Assembly (NCBI RefSeq): GCF_902713615.1
Contig: NW_024055454.1
Coordinates: 1 to 64,000 of the forward strand
Direction: 5' to 3'
From: Scyliorhinus canicula
Lineage: Eukaryota
Length of the DNA: 64,000 bases
Shown: piece by piece, positions 61,791 to 64,000 of the stretch
Layout: every line of letters starts with the position of its first letter
Position numbering within the stretch: the stretch's first letter is position 1
Notes under the pieces: model-generated
The model's input: the letters and a program-made list of their open reading frames with translations, nothing else
Told to the model about the DNA's origin: nothing
Databases searched by the model: none
Position numbers and translations under genes: made by a program

Positions 61791-63560
61791 TCTGTGCGTT
61801 CTTGTGTGTGTGTATCCCTGTGTGCGTGTTCCTAGGTGTTCATGTGTGTGTGTGAGCGTGTGTCTGTCCCTGTGTGTGGGTGGGTGTGTCCCTCTGTATC
61901 CCCTTGTGCCTGTTACTGTGTGTCTGTGAGTGTGTGTATCTGTTCCTGTTTGTGTGCTGCTGTGTGTGTGATGAGTGTGTGTGTGCTCCTGAGTATGTGT
62001 GTGTGAACATATGTGTATGTTCCTGTGTGCCCCTATGTGTGTGTTCCTGTGTGCCCCTATGTGTGTGTTCCTGTGTGTGTGAGAGAGACAGAGTATGTGT
62101 ATGTATGTGAGATAGGTGTTAGAGGGAGAATAAAATAATTTGCAAGGGAGAGTTTCTGTGTGAGTGTGTGTGAGGGGATGTGTGTGAGAGAGATTTTGTG
62201 TGTGAGTGAGAGAGGCAATGTGTGTGAGAGTGTGTAATGGGAAGATTGTGTGCGTGAGTTCGAGATTGTGTGTGTATGTGAGTGTGTGTGAGAGATTAGA
62301 GAGCACGTGGGTGTGTACCTCAGACAGAGAGAGACCACGTGTGTCAGAGAGAGACAGAATGTGGGGCACGTTTGTGTGTTTCTGAGAACATGTGATAGAG
62401 TATGCCAAAGAACGATAGAACGATACAGCGCAGTACAGGCCCTTCGGCCCACGATGTTGCACCGACATGGGAAGTCAAAAACTAAAGGCCATCTAACCTA
62501 CACTATGCCATTATCATCCATATGCTTATCCAATAAACTTTTAAATGCCCTCAACATGTCTGTGTTTGGGTGAAAGAAAGTGTGTTCACGAGGTATGTAT
62601 GTACCAGTGTGTGTCAGAGAGAGAAATAAGTGCTTGTGTGAGTATGTATGTGTTTGTGTATGAGAGTGTGCATGTGCGAAAGAGAGAGATTGTTTGAGAG
62701 AGGCACGTGACACAATGTGCATGAGAGCGAGCAGGTGAGAGAATGTATGTGTGTGACAGGGTGCGTGTTTGTGTCTGTGGAAGTGTGTGTGAGAGAAAGG
62801 GAGAGAGATACAGTAGTATGTTTGAGATTATGTGTGTGAAATAAGGAATGATTCTGTTTGAAGAGCGATTATGGATGTGAGACTGTGTGTGGGAGAGAGA
62901 GATCTGTGTGTCTGAGATAGTGTGTCTGCCATAGAGAGGGAGTGTGTGAGAGAAAGAATGTGCGGATGAGAGAGTGTGTGTGTCAGAGAGAGAGAGAATG
63001 TGTGAGAGTGTGAGATACTGCATGCCTGAAAGAGAGAAATAGTTTGTTTGTCAACAGAGAGAGAGAATGAGACAGTGTCCATGAGAGAGAGAGAGAGAGG
63101 GCATGTGCCAGGGTGCACGTTTGAGAGAGCGTGTAAGCGAGAGAGTGAGAGAGTAATAATGTGTTGGTGAGTTTGTGTGCGTCTGAGATATTGTATATGT
63201 ATATAAGAGGGAATATGTGTGAGAGAGAGCCTGAAAGAAAAAAATGCTACGTTTGAAGAGCGATTATGCTTGTATGTGAGGGAGAGAGACGGTCTCTGTG
63301 TTTGACAGTGGGTGTGAGAGTGAGGCAAGGTGTATCAGAGATTTGGTGAAAGAGAATGCGTGTGAGATAGATCGTGTGTGAGTGAGAGCACGTGGGTGAG
63401 AGATCATCACAGTGTGTCTGAGAGTGAGATTGTGAGTGTGTGATTGTGTGTGAGGCACAGTGTGTATATTTGAAAGAAGTATTGTGATTATGCGCGTGAG
63501 AGAATTCGTTTGTGTGAGGATGTAAGAGAAATAGCGAGTGAGAGTGTGTATGTGTTTGTA
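61790..63560. repeat. Degenerate (TG)/(GA)-rich simple repeats with a CR1/SINE tail at ~62410-62545
   Basis: Composition; the His/Thr/Leu-rich ORFs are spurious. Confidence 0.9.
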
Positions 63561-63764
63561 TCGATGTATGGGTGCACCAACACCTGCAAGTTCCCTTCCA
63601 AGACACTCACCGTCCTGATTTGGAAATATACTGCCAATCCTTCACTGTCGCCGAGTCAAAATTCTGGACCTCCCTCCCTAGCAATATTGCAGATATACCT
63701 CCGCCACATGGACTGCAGCTATTCAAGGATGCTTCACATCAAAACTTTCCCAAGGACCCTTAAT

Positions 63765-63946
63765 GAAATGAAATGAAAATCGCTTATTGTCACGAGTAGG
63801 CTTCAATGAAGTTACTGTGTAAAAGCCCCTAGTCGCCACATTCCGGCGCCTGTCCGGGGAGGCTGGTACGGGAATCGAATCGTGCTGCTGGCCTGCTTAG
63901 TCTGTAAAAAGCCAGCGATTTAGCCGAGTGAGCTAAACCAGCCCCA
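63765..63946 (-). mobile_element. SINE family 2, full length
   Basis: Minus strand reads GGGGCTGGTTTAGCTCACTCGG...CGATTCGATTCCCGTACCAGCC...(CATTT)n. Confidence 0.88.
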
Positions 63947-64000
63947 GGGATATATATTAAAATCTAGCCTTGCCAGCGCCTCCAGAATCCTAGGATAGGA

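Overview
Cartilaginous fish (shark) genomic DNA, very rich in repeats. The clade is inferred from the immunoglobulin sequence and the SINE/LINE families; the species is not determined. Bases 1-42 kb hold a cluster of KRAB-less C2H2 zinc-finger genes: three intact minus-strand ORFs with 13, 10 and 14 fingers, plus three fragments or pseudogenes. Three CpG-rich NRF1/YY1-type promoters and one diverged segmental duplication (3.05-10.2 kb vs 33.0-37.5 kb) lie among them. The background is L1, CR1, L2, Rex1/Babar and Penelope-like retroelements and two tRNA-derived SINE families. Bases 42.5-51.3 kb hold the constant region of an IgW heavy-chain cluster on the minus strand. CH1, CH2 and CH3 are disrupted (frameshifts; in CH3 also a nonsense codon and loss of the conserved Trp). 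One terminal CH exon with its secretory tail is intact, as are TM1 and TM2. Only four CH exons were found. Directly 5' of CH1 in Ig orientation is a ~5.4 kb tandem array that is G-rich on the Ig sense strand and carries GAGCTGGGG in most units, so it resembles a class-switch (S) region. Next come a Penelope-derived palindrome with hammerhead-ribozyme cores, a second G-rich satellite of opposite polarity, and simple repeats. No V, D or J segment was recognised. Coordinates were read by eye; transposon boundaries are approximate.
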